NCBI GenBank assembly: GCA_025454255.1 | Contig: JALOOU010000005.1 | Coordinates: forward strand, 3,045 to 67,044 | DNA: 64,000 nucleotides | From: Desulfobacterales bacterium | GTDB taxonomy: Bacteria; Desulfobacterota; Desulfobacteria; Desulfobacterales; SpSt-501 | Direction of reading: 5' to 3' | In this document: positions 19,994 to 28,822 of the stretch, one piece after another | Position numbering within the stretch: position 1 is the first letter of the stretch | Layout of the letters: the number at the start of each line of letters is the position of its first letter | Notes under the pieces: model-generated | Database searches by the model: none | What the model saw: the letters and a program-made list of their open reading frames with translations, nothing else | What the model was told of the DNA's origin: nothing | Made by a program: the position numbers and the translations under genes

Positions 19994-21166
19994 TTAGGTG
20001 TCGTCGCTCTCCGTCCGGCCCGGCAGGCCGATGGACCCCTCCCCTCTTGAGGCGAGGAGTCTTCCATATACGCCAGCCGTCTGCTCAGCGGAATCGACCC
20101 ATGCGAAATCCTGCGCCCTGAGAAGTCCCACTTGCCTCAACCGAATGCGTAACCGCGCATCCTTCAGCACCCGTTCGATCGCCGCGGCGATGGCGTCCGG
20201 GCGCAGAGGGTCCGCAAAAACCGCCGCGTCTCCGGCGACCTCCCGGGCGATGGGAATGTCGGAGGTGATCACCGGACAGCCCAGAGCCATCGCCTCCACG
20301 AGGGGAAACCCGAAGCCCTCTATCAGGCTGGGGAACACCAGCGCCCGGGCGCCGCTGAGCATGCGACGCAGCTCGTCATTCGAGACCATACCGCAGAAGT
20401 CCACCTGGGCGTTTATTCGCAGCCGATCTGCAAAGACTTGCAGGCGATGATAGCTGTCTCCCCGGCCGGCGATTTTCAGTCTAAGGCCGGGGTGGCGGGG
20501 CGCCACCAGAGCAAATGCGCGCAGCAGCCCGCGCAGGTTCTTGTAGGGCTTGCTGTTGCCCAACGAGAATAGATAGGCCTCGCCCGAGTCATCCGCATGA
20601 TCCCGTGTCCGGTTCACCGGCATATGGTCTGCGCCGTGATGGACGACGGACATCCTTTCGGCCGGCCACCGATAGCGGGCCTGGGCGCGCCGCGCCGTGT
20701 GGCGGCTGATGGCGATGATATGGTGCGCCCCGGCGAGGACGTGGCGCATCGTTGCACAGCCGTAAAGATGCGTCAGGCGCCACTTCAGCCAGGAGTGGGG
20801 CGTGTCAAACGTCAGGCGGGCATGCTCCTGCCAGATCAGGTCGTGCAGGGTGACGACCACGCGGGGGACCCGCAGGCCCAGCGGCAGGAAATGGTGCAAG
20901 GCATGGTAGAGGTCCAGACCAAGCCGGTTGAGCTGAGGCCCGGCCAGCAAATTGCGCGGGTGGTCGAGGAAGCCGGGAAGAAGCGTCTCTCTCACATTGG
21001 GCCCCTCGCCCAGTTGAACCCGAGCCAGGCGAGGCCGTTTGATCACGATGAAGTCCCACTCGGGTCGCAAGGCGGGCAAGCGCCGGGCCAGCTCCCGGGC
21101 ATAGCGTCCGAGACCTGTTTCGATAATATCCACCATCCGCGCATCCAGCCCGATGCGTGGCCGCAT
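19994..21166 (-). CDS. Glycosyltransferase family 4
   Basis: I prefer the ATG at 21166 (MRPRIGLDARMV, preceded by GGGAGAGGA) over the track start at 21208. It carries the FPSLIEGFGFPLVEAMALGCPVITS motif. It is the first gene of a five-gene minus-strand operon. Confidence 0.85.
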   Translation of the reverse strand: MRPRIGLDARMVDIIETGLGRYARELARRLPALRPEWDFIVIKRPRLARVQLGEGPNVRETLLPGFLDHPRNLLAGPQLNRLGLDLYHALHHFLPLGLRVPRVVVTLHDLIWQEHARLTFDTPHSWLKWRLTHLYGCATMRHVLAGAHHIIAISRHTARRAQARYRWPAERMSVVHHGADHMPVNRTRDHADDSGEAYLFSLGNSKPYKNLRGLLRAFALVAPRHPGLRLKIAGRGDSYHRLQVFADRLRINAQVDFCGMVSNDELRRMLSGARALVFPSLIEGFGFPLVEAMALGCPVITSDIPIAREVAGDAAVFADPLRPDAIAAAIERVLKDARLRIRLRQVGLLRAQDFAWVDSAEQTAGVYGRLLASRGEGSIGLPGRTESDDT

Positions 21167-21376
21167 GCATTCCTCTCCCTTGGCGCTGCCAGGCCGACCG
21201 TGCGCCATCAGCGGGGCCGCCGGACAGGTCGTTGCCCGAGCACAGCCACACGCTGTGCAAAACGGGGGGGGGCAAACTTCGATACAAAGCCGGGACTATG
21301 CTGAAAACCGATTCGGGTGTCAACGCCAATTTGGCTGCACCGCACGTTTTTGAATCGAGCCGATTCCTGTTAGACC

Positions 21377-21405
21377 TTGTCAAGCCAACTGAATTTTCGT
21401 ATAGA
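21377..21405 (+). promoter_or_regulatory. Weak candidate sigma-70 promoter upstream of the first PlsA/GeR-like gene
   Basis: -35 TTGTCA (21377-21382), a 17-nt spacer, then -10 TATAGA (21400-21405). It lies about 190 nt upstream of the ATG at 21596. Confidence 0.25.
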
Positions 21406-21595
21406 TGCTGGCTTTCTATCTTGGCCTGTAACGCGGCTGCCGGTGCCGGTTTCCTTTTCCGAGATGGGAAGCGGCGAGGGGCATGATCTCTTGGCGTAAC
21501 CCGGAATCCATCCCGCCGAAGCTTGTTCACGGTTGCGAAACTGCCTGACGCACCCTCCCATGTGTGATTCGCAGATGGCTCACAGGGAATTTTGA

Positions 21596-24500
21596 ATGCA
21601 GGATATCGATTGGAACGACTTGGCCCGACGGGCCGCTTTCGTGGGGGTGGATGTCGGGTCGCTGTCGGTCAAAGCCGCCGCCGTCGCGCCCGGCGGCGAG
21701 ATGGTCTGGTCCTTGAAGCGGCCCCACCAGGACGATGCCCTGGAGATGGTGGAGGATCTGGAGCGCCGGTGCCGCTTGAGCGGAATCGCCTTCGGGGTCA
21801 CCGGCCGTCTGAAGGCGGCGGAGGGGCGGCGGCCCCTGGATTCGGTCCTCTGCCTGCACGCGGCCGCCAGGCATCTGCACCCGTCGGCGACCAACATCCT
21901 GGAAATCGGCGCGACGCACTACTGCCGGGTGCGGCTGGACCGCAGCGGCGGCATCCAGTCCATTCAAACCAACCCGATCTGCGCAGCGGGCACCGGCTCC
22001 TTTCTGGACGCCCAGGCGCAACGGATGGGGCTGGCCCATGACGCCCTCGAGTTCGCAGGGATAGAAGCGGACCCGCCGGGAATCGCGACCCGCTGCGCGG
22101 TGTTCGCCAAGAGCGATCTCATCCACCGGCAGCAGGAGGGGTACGACATACAGGCCCTCTGGTCGGGCCTCTGCCGTGGCTTGGCCGAGGGGCTTCTCCG
22201 CGCGCTTACGCACGGCAGCCCGATGCGGGGGGAGGTGCTGTTGTGCGGCGGGGTCGCGCTGAATCGCACGTTTGTCGCCTGGCTGCGGAGCTCGTTCGAC
22301 GGCAATGGAAACAGAGCCTCCGTCACCGTTCTCCCGCAGCCCGAACTCGCCGCCGCGGTGGGGGCGGCGCTTCTCGGCCGCAACGGGAACGGCTTTCACC
22401 GGCGGCCCGTCCAAGCGACCCCCCAGACCTCCCGCACGCGCAGGCCGGCCCTGGCGCTGACGCGATCCAGCCGCGTCCGATACCGGCCTTTGAACTTCCG
22501 CAGCGATCATCTTCAAAACGAAATCACCGTCCACCGCCTGCCCCAGGGGCCCCCGGAGGAGACGCCGCTGTTCCTGGGAATCGACATCGGCTCAACCAGC
22601 ACCAAGCTGGCGTTCGTCGATGCGTCGGGCAGCCTGCTGCTGGACATTTACCGCCGCACCCAGAGCGACCCCGTCCAGGCGACCCGGCATCTGCTGAGCG
22701 CCGCCCGGGCCTGTTTCCAGCAATTTCGATGGGACCCCGTCGTGGCCGGCGCCGGGACCACCGGCAGCGGCCGCAGGCTCATCGGCGAGATCATCGGGGC
22801 CGATCTGATCGTCAACGAAATTTCGGCGCACGTGGCCGGCGCCGTGCGAATCGAGCCGGGGGTCCAAACGATCTTCGAAATCGGCGGCCAGGACGCCAAG
22901 TACATGCGCGTCAGCAACGGCCGCATCGTCGACGCCAACATGAACTACGTCTGCGCCGCCGGGACCGGGTCCTTCATCGAGGAGCTCTGCTCCACGCTCG
23001 GCTACCGCGTCGAGGAGCTCGGCGAGGAGTTGCTGGGCGTCGAGCCGCCCTACATCAACAGCCGCTGCACGGTGTTCATGGAGCAGGACATTCACGCCCT
23101 GCTGCAGGAGCGCGTCCCCCGCCGGGAAGCGGCCGGCGCCATCGTCTATTCGGTCATCGAAAACTACCTTCACCGCGTGGTCGGCAAACGGCCGGTGAAT
23201 GGGCCGCGCGTCATGTTCCAGGGGGCGACCGCGCGCAACATCGCCTTGTCGGCCGCCATCGAGCGCCTGCTGCAGCGGGAGGTGGTCGTATCGCCCTATC
23301 CCCACGCCATGGGCGCCTACGGGGCGGCCTTGCTGGTGCAATCCTCGCCGCCGGATGGAGCCTCGAAATTCAAAGGGCTCGATCTGGCATCGCGGCGCAT
23401 CGAAATCGAAAAGCAGACCTGCGGCGGCTGCCGCAACCGCTGCGAGCTGACGCGGGCCGTCATCGAGGATGAACCGCGGCAGCCGCTGTGGGGAATGAAA
23501 TGCGGGCGCGACGAGACCGGCGGAACCCACAACGAATTGGCGGCCTACGAGCTCTTTCGAAAGCGGCAGGAGCTGGTCCGGCCGGCCCCTGCGGCTGCAA
23601 AACGCCCCTCCTCGCCCAAACGCCTCCTCCTGCCGCTCGCGCTCTCCGCCTATTCGCTCGGCCCGTTCTGGGCCGAGTTTTTCAGCCGCATCGGACTCGA
23701 GCTTGCCGCGGGGCCGCCGACGGACGAACGCTGCCTGCAGTCCGGCCGACAAGTGGCGGCGTCCGAATTCTGCCTGCCGGTCAAAACCGCCCTCGGCCAT
23801 GCCGCTCAGTGCCTTGAACACACCAGCGACCCGCTGTTCGTGCCGCATTTGATTGCCGACTACAAGGTCGCAGGGACCACCCAGACCCGGTTCTGCCCCT
23901 ATCTGGAGGTCTTGCCCTCTCTCATCCGGCCGATGGCTGATAAAAAGGGCGGCGCCGAGGCCCGGATCCTAGCGCCGATCATCGACCTGCGGCTGCCCGA
24001 TTCGAAAAACGCCCAGGCGCTCATCGACAGCCTGCGCCCCCTTGCTTCCATCAGGCAACGAGATGCCGTGCAAGCCCTGCAGCACGCCCATCGCATCCGC
24101 CGGCAGCAGCGGGAGAAAATCGAGGCTGCCGGCCAGACGCGCTGGTCGAGCCTGCGCTCATCCGGCCGGCCGGCCGTGGTCGTCATCGGCCGCCCCTACA
24201 ACACGCTCGACCCCTTTCTCAGCCAACGCCTGCCCTACGAGATCGCCGCAGCCGGGATCGACGTGCTGCCCATGGACGGGCTCGCCTTCCGGCCGGAGCT
24301 GCTCAAGGGGTATTTTTCCAATCTCTTCTGGTCCTACGGCCAGCGGATCGTATCGGCCCTCATCCAGATCGCGCAAACCGACGGCCTCTACCCCGTGTAC
24401 CTGTCCAGCTTCGGCTGCGGGCCGGACAGCTTCATCCTCTCCTATGCCGAAACCATCATGGGCGACAAGCCGCTGTTGATCCTGGAGCTCGACGAGCATG

Positions 24501-25819
24501 GATCGAGCGGCGGGTACCTGACCCGGCTGGAGGCTTTCCTGGAGGTGGTCAAGGCGGACAACTCCAGGCGGCGGCCGGCGGCCGGGTCGGCGCCGTGGCG
24601 GCCGCCGGCGGAAGCCCCGACCCCAGCGGACATCAAGAAACGAAGGCTGTGCGTGCCGCATATGCACCCCACCGGCAGCCGGCTGCTGGCAGCGGCCCTG
24701 CGCGGCGAGGGGTTCAACGCCGTGGAGCTTCCCGTCGAGGACGACACGGCCTATGCCGAAGGCCGCAAATGGGCCAGGGGTTCGGAGTGTCTGCCGGCTC
24801 CTCTGACCCTTGGCAGCTTCCTGAAGCATTGCGGGGAGCAGCGCCGTAAAGGGGAAGACCCGAATACGGGGCTGGCCCTCTTCATGCCCACCTCCGACGG
24901 TCCCTGCCGCTTCGGCCAGTACTGCGCCCTGGACCGAATCATACTGGATGGCGTCGGCTGCCGGGGCCTGCCGATCTTGTCGCCCAGCTCGGAAAACGCC
25001 TATTACGGCATCGACCAGAAGATATTCGAATACATCCTCCTGGCCGACATCCTGTTCAAGCTGCGCTGCCGGGTCAAGCCCCGGGAGAAAACCCCGGGGG
25101 ACACCGAGGAAGCCCTTGATTTGTGGATGAAAAAAGCGGAGCGTGAGATCGAACAGCGGCGCATGCGCCTGAACGCCTTCCTGCCGGAGGCGGTGCGCGC
25201 GTTCCAGCGCATCCCGGTCGAGACCTCCCCCCGGATTCTCGTCGGGGTGGTGGGGGAGATCTACGTGCGCTGCCACGCCTTCGCCAACCGCGGCCTGGTC
25301 GACACCATCGAGCAGCTGGGGGGCGAGGCCTGGGTGGCCCCGGCCACGGAGTGGATCATGTACACCGCCTGGGTGGAGCGCTACCGCTTGAAGCGCAGCG
25401 GCATGGGCCCCTGGCAGGCCGCAACGCTTGCATTGAAGTGGCGCTACATGCAGCGCAGGGAGCACGCGGCTTACCGCCTGGCCGCAGCGCTGCTGTCGGA
25501 TCGCCGCGAGCCCTCTGTCGATGAAATCATTGCCGCCGGGCGTAAGTTTATACCCCCTGATTTCGAAGGCGAATCCATTCTGACCCTGGGGCGCGCCATG
25601 CTCTTCAAGCGCGACGGTGTCGGGCTGATCGTCAACTGCGCCCCCTTCGGCTGCATGCACGGCAACATCACCGCGACGCTTTTCAGCCAGGCGGCCGACG
25701 AATTCCACGCCCCGGTCGTCAACATCGCCTACGATGGGGTCGGAAACGCCAACTCCGCCGTGGAGACGTTCATGGAAGCGGCATGGCGCAACATGAAACC
25801 TGATCGCGGAACCCTCTGA
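21596..25819 (+). CDS. Fused BCR/HAD-family enzyme (PlsA/PlsAR/GeR-like), paralogue 1: two BcrAD/BadFG-type activase ATPase modules, a Cys cluster, and DUF2229/HgdB-like dehydratase-type domains
   Basis: 1407 aa. Module 1 has GVDVGSLSVKAAAV, NPICAAGTGSFLD and TRCAVFAKSDLIH, but EIGATHYC replaces the EIGGQD motif. Module 2 is intact: GIDIGSTSTKLAFV, FEIGGQDAKYMRV, NYVCAAGTGSFIEE, SRCTVFMEQDIHA. A Cys cluster follows, CGGCRNRC...KCG (nt 23420-23503). The C-terminal ~750 aa has VVVIGRPYNTLDPFLS and RILVGVVGEIYVRCHAF segments typical of the activase-associated domains. Confidence 0.8.
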   Translation: MQDIDWNDLARRAAFVGVDVGSLSVKAAAVAPGGEMVWSLKRPHQDDALEMVEDLERRCRLSGIAFGVTGRLKAAEGRRPLDSVLCLHAAARHLHPSATNILEIGATHYCRVRLDRSGGIQSIQTNPICAAGTGSFLDAQAQRMGLAHDALEFAGIEADPPGIATRCAVFAKSDLIHRQQEGYDIQALWSGLCRGLAEGLLRALTHGSPMRGEVLLCGGVALNRTFVAWLRSSFDGNGNRASVTVLPQPELAAAVGAALLGRNGNGFHRRPVQATPQTSRTRRPALALTRSSRVRYRPLNFRSDHLQNEITVHRLPQGPPEETPLFLGIDIGSTSTKLAFVDASGSLLLDIYRRTQSDPVQATRHLLSAARACFQQFRWDPVVAGAGTTGSGRRLIGEIIGADLIVNEISAHVAGAVRIEPGVQTIFEIGGQDAKYMRVSNGRIVDANMNYVCAAGTGSFIEELCSTLGYRVEELGEELLGVEPPYINSRCTVFMEQDIHALLQERVPRREAAGAIVYSVIENYLHRVVGKRPVNGPRVMFQGATARNIALSAAIERLLQREVVVSPYPHAMGAYGAALLVQSSPPDGASKFKGLDLASRRIEIEKQTCGGCRNRCELTRAVIEDEPRQPLWGMKCGRDETGGTHNELAAYELFRKRQELVRPAPAAAKRPSSPKRLLLPLALSAYSLGPFWAEFFSRIGLELAAGPPTDERCLQSGRQVAASEFCLPVKTALGHAAQCLEHTSDPLFVPHLIADYKVAGTTQTRFCPYLEVLPSLIRPMADKKGGAEARILAPIIDLRLPDSKNAQALIDSLRPLASIRQRDAVQALQHAHRIRRQQREKIEAAGQTRWSSLRSSGRPAVVVIGRPYNTLDPFLSQRLPYEIAAAGIDVLPMDGLAFRPELLKGYFSNLFWSYGQRIVSALIQIAQTDGLYPVYLSSFGCGPDSFILSYAETIMGDKPLLILELDEHGSSGGYLTRLEAFLEVVKADNSRRRPAAGSAPWRPPAEAPTPADIKKRRLCVPHMHPTGSRLLAAALRGEGFNAVELPVEDDTAYAEGRKWARGSECLPAPLTLGSFLKHCGEQRRKGEDPNTGLALFMPTSDGPCRFGQYCALDRIILDGVGCRGLPILSPSSENAYYGIDQKIFEYILLADILFKLRCRVKPREKTPGDTEEALDLWMKKAEREIEQRRMRLNAFLPEAVRAFQRIPVETSPRILVGVVGEIYVRCHAFANRGLVDTIEQLGGEAWVAPATEWIMYTAWVERYRLKRSGMGPWQAATLALKWRYMQRREHAAYRLAAALLSDRREPSVDEIIAAGRKFIPPDFEGESILTLGRAMLFKRDGVGLIVNCAPFGCMHGNITATLFSQAADEFHAPVVNIAYDGVGNANSAVETFMEAAWRNMKPDRGTL

Positions 25820-25822
25820 CCG

Positions 25823-27055
25823 ATGGAGCGCATGCGCAGCAAATCCGAAGTCGATACCGCTTTGATCTATTTGGCAGGGGAAGAGCTCTGCGGTTTCAAT
25901 CCCTCATTGCAGCAGATCGCCGGTTTGCCGCTCCTGCAGCGCCAGCTTCTCTGGCTGGCCAGGCACGACATCCGCACCGTTCATCTGATGGCCGCCCCCC
26001 CACAGGTGCCGGACTTAGAGGCTCGCCTGCACGGATGGCGCCGGCGACGCTCCATGCCGGAGGTGATCGTGGGGGGTGAGCCGCCTCGCAAAGCGCAGGG
26101 GAAGGCGGTCGTAGTGGACGGCCGCTTCCTGCATCACCCGGACCTGCTGCGGCACGCGCTGGCCGCCGAGGGGGAGTTTGCCTACGTCGACGGTCAAGGC
26201 GGGTCATGCGGCCTGGGCATCGTCGATCTTCAGAAGGCGGTCGGCCCAAACACTTTTCAATACCTTCCCAAGAACCCGATTCCAATAGATCTTTTCGCCT
26301 GCCGGCTCATCGACGCCCGGCAGGCCGGGCAGGCCGAAACCAAACTGCTGCGAAGCTTCATCAAGCCGACCGACGGTTGGTTTTCGAAGAGGATCAATCG
26401 ATCGGTTTCGCTCGCCATCACGCGAAAAATCGCGCCCCTGCCCCTGACGCCCAACATGATATCCGCCTTTGCCCTGCTGGTGGGGATCGGCTCCGGCTGG
26501 AGCGCCGCGCAGGGAAGCTGGGCCTGGCTGGCGGTCGGCGGGCTTCTCTATCAGGCCGCCAGCATCCTCGACGGGGTGGACGGGGAGCTGGCGCGGGCAA
26601 AACTGCTCTACTCAAAAATCGGCGAATGGATGGACAACGTTTGCGACGACCTGACCAATATCCTTTTTATTGCGGGGGTCACGATCGGGGTCTACCGCAG
26701 TTCGCTCGATCCGTTCTGGACGACCCTCGGCTCTCTATCGTTGGTCGTCTATGGGGCAACGATCGTCATCATGTACGGCAATCTGATCGCAAACAACCGC
26801 AAAGCCTCGCTTTTGGCCTTCCAGGAGAACATCCGCAGGCCCGGCTACCGCCCGGGGAGGATAACTTCATGGCTGGTCGCGCTGCAGCCTTTCATCAAAC
26901 GGGATTTTCACGGATACGCCATGATGGCTGCCGGCATGCTCGGCCTCGCCAAGCTCATCCTGGCCGGTTGGCTGATCGGCTCCGTCCTCACCTTGGGGTT
27001 CGTCTGGTCGGAGGTAAAGCGCCCGGCCGCCGGAGGCTCCTTCTGGAAAGACTGA
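25823..27055 (+). CDS. CDP-alcohol phosphatidyltransferase with N-terminal degenerate nucleotidyltransferase-like domain (IPCT/DIPPS-like architecture)
   Basis: 410 aa, starting 3 nt after the previous stop. The C-terminal membrane domain has the full signature DGVDGELARAKLLYSKIGEWMDNVCDD (DG-x2-AR-x8-G-x3-D-x3-D, about nt 26569-26650). The N-terminal ~190 aa has an NTP-transferase-like layout (ALIYLAGEELCGF...IAGLPLLQRQLLWLARHDIRTVHLM) but lacks the GxGxR loop. The linker KPTDGWFSKRINRSVSLAITRK resembles bifunctional IPCT/DIPPS proteins. Confidence 0.75.
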   Translation: MERMRSKSEVDTALIYLAGEELCGFNPSLQQIAGLPLLQRQLLWLARHDIRTVHLMAAPPQVPDLEARLHGWRRRRSMPEVIVGGEPPRKAQGKAVVVDGRFLHHPDLLRHALAAEGEFAYVDGQGGSCGLGIVDLQKAVGPNTFQYLPKNPIPIDLFACRLIDARQAGQAETKLLRSFIKPTDGWFSKRINRSVSLAITRKIAPLPLTPNMISAFALLVGIGSGWSAAQGSWAWLAVGGLLYQAASILDGVDGELARAKLLYSKIGEWMDNVCDDLTNILFIAGVTIGVYRSSLDPFWTTLGSLSLVVYGATIVIMYGNLIANNRKASLLAFQENIRRPGYRPGRITSWLVALQPFIKRDFHGYAMMAAGMLGLAKLILAGWLIGSVLTLGFVWSEVKRPAAGGSFWKD

Positions 27056-27078
27056 GCTGAAACGGAGAGGGAACCGAA

Positions 27079-27795
27079 ATGGCATTTAAGCTGAAGGACG
27101 TCTGCACGGTCTTCAACATTGTTCTGTCGATTTATGCGGTGGTGCTTTCGTTTGCAGGACAGCTCGGCCTCGCGGCCTGGGTCATCTTCATCGCCTGGTT
27201 CATGGACGGGCTCGATGGACTGATCGCCAGGTGGACCAGGACCGGGAACGAATTCGGCGTGCATTTCGACAACCAGGCGGATCTGTTCATCTACACCGTC
27301 GCGCCGGCGTTCTATGCCTTCGCGGTGTATCGGGACGCCCACTATCTTTTGGGTATCGCGATCTGCTTTGCCGTCATCACGGTGGGATGCATCCGTCTGT
27401 CGCGGTTCAACGTCAAGCCGCTCATCTACCCGGGGTTCTGGATCGGCTACCCGCGCTCGGCGCTGGGCGTGCACATCATCTTTTTGCTGAATTCAAAGTT
27501 GTTTGCCGTGCATCAGCCCTACGTAGCCGCGGCGGTGATGCTGCTCGTTCTGACCGCGCTCAACCTCTCCTACATCCCCTATCGCAACCACAAGCGCAAG
27601 TTCACGCGCTTCGAGTGGGGGGTGTGCATCTTCTGCTGGGTGGTCTGGCCGATCAGCTATTTTTTCGGCTACTTCTGGGACACGGCGCTCTTCGGCAGCA
27701 CCGTCTACGCGCTGCTGCCCTTCACCCCGCTGCACGCCCGATACCGCGAGCCCATCCGGCGCTACATCGAGGAGTGGAGGGCCGCCACCCGCTGA
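27079..27795 (+). CDS. CDP-alcohol phosphatidyltransferase, phosphatidylserine-synthase-like (small PssA type)
   Basis: 238 aa, with RBS GGAGAGGG 8 nt upstream. The signature is DGLDGLIARWTRTGNEFGVHFDNQAD (about nt 27204-27285). The N-terminus KLKDVCTVFNIVLSIYAVVL and TVAPAFYAF match the short PssA-like layout. Confidence 0.8.
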   Translation: MAFKLKDVCTVFNIVLSIYAVVLSFAGQLGLAAWVIFIAWFMDGLDGLIARWTRTGNEFGVHFDNQADLFIYTVAPAFYAFAVYRDAHYLLGIAICFAVITVGCIRLSRFNVKPLIYPGFWIGYPRSALGVHIIFLLNSKLFAVHQPYVAAAVMLLVLTALNLSYIPYRNHKRKFTRFEWGVCIFCWVVWPISYFFGYFWDTALFGSTVYALLPFTPLHARYREPIRRYIEEWRAATR

Positions 27796-27813
27796 AGCGT
27801 TTCCAATCTTTCG

Positions 27814-28563
27814 TCAATTCGCGTAACGGAAAAATGCAAACTGTCTCTCCGCATGGGCGAGCATCTCGGGCGTATCGATATCCTGCCAATACCCGTCGAC
27901 CGCAGCCGCCCGCATGCGGCCGGCATCGGCCAGGCGCTGGATGCCATCCGATAGGCTTGCATCCCCCTTTTCCGCCAGCACGGCAGCCAAAGCGGCAAAA
28001 AGCCCGGGCGTGGCCGAAAAGACCCCGATGTCCACGCAGTTGAACTCATCGATTTTTTTGCCGATACGATGGATGCGCCCGTTCGCCTGCTGCACCTTGG
28101 TGGCATCCTCCAGATCGAAAACCCGCTCCAGCCTGTGGTCGACCAGCAGGGTCGCCCCGCCGTCCGGCGGCGGGTGGGCGGGCAGGCCGGTCATGATGTC
28201 GTCGCTGACCAGATGGTCCCCCATCGCCAGGAAAAAATTTTCCGTGACGTGATGTTGGGCGCACAGGACCGACACTCCGTTGGACCTCCTGTAACGCGGG
28301 TTGAACACGAATTCGATTCGGGCGCCGCCGGAATAGGCGCGTGCGACCGCCTCGCGGACACCATCGGCCGAATGCCCGAGAACCACAATGATCCGCCGGC
28401 ATCCGGCAAGCTCGAGCCCCCGGATGGAATGCCAGATCAGCGGTTTTTCTTGGACGGGTATCAGCAGTTTGGAAAGCCCCGGGCATTCGGCCCCCGCCAG
28501 CCGGACCCCGCAGCCGGCAGCCAGGACAACCCCGGTCGAGATTCTCTTCGAATATGCCCGCAA
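27814..28563 (-). CDS. Nucleotidyltransferase (sugar- or alcohol-phosphate cytidylyl/uridylyltransferase family)
   Basis: 249 aa with an intact N-terminal loop VVLAAGCGVRL (GxGxRL). It has the usual beta-alpha layout (KLLIPVQEKPLIWHSIRGLELAGCRRIIVVLGH) and RBS GGGGGAGGAG. It converges on the CDP-alcohol transferase genes with an 18-nt gap. Confidence 0.8.
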   Translation of the reverse strand: MRAYSKRISTGVVLAAGCGVRLAGAECPGLSKLLIPVQEKPLIWHSIRGLELAGCRRIIVVLGHSADGVREAVARAYSGGARIEFVFNPRYRRSNGVSVLCAQHHVTENFFLAMGDHLVSDDIMTGLPAHPPPDGGATLLVDHRLERVFDLEDATKVQQANGRIHRIGKKIDEFNCVDIGVFSATPGLFAALAAVLAEKGDASLSDGIQRLADAGRMRAAAVDGYWQDIDTPEMLAHAERQFAFFRYAN

Positions 28564-28618
28564 ACCGCGGCTCCTCCCCCATATTCAATTGAAATTATTA
28601 ATTAGTTTCAAACCCGGG

Positions 28619-28646
28619 ATAATATCAAATTATTTCTTTTTTTCAA
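28619..28646 (-). promoter_or_regulatory. Candidate sigma-70 promoter (extended -10) for the nucleotidyltransferase gene
   Basis: On the minus strand: -35 TTGAAA (rc of 28641-28646), a 16-nt spacer, then TGATATTAT, an extended -10 (TATTAT = rc of 28619-28624). It lies about 55 nt upstream of the start codon at 28563, in an AT-rich intergenic island. Confidence 0.4.
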
Positions 28647-28703
28647 AGTGCATCGTGGAAGCGGCTATCTGCCGGTTAAAAAGATTAGGGCACTCCCGCT
28701 CAA

Positions 28704-28732
28704 TTGACATGGCCAGGGCGCCCTTATATTAT
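28704..28732 (+). promoter_or_regulatory. Candidate sigma-70 promoter for the FAD-oxidoreductase/GT-C gene pair
   Basis: Perfect -35 TTGACA (28704-28709), exactly a 17-nt spacer, then -10 TATTAT (28727-28732). It is followed by the palindrome GGAACAcccTGTTCC (28754-28768) in the predicted leader. Confidence 0.45.
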
Positions 28733-28822
28733 CCGCGCTTCGAAACGACACAAGGAACACCCTGTTCCAACATAACAATTTAAAAAAATTATATTTTTTT
28801 ATGATCGACGATTCATTTCGAG

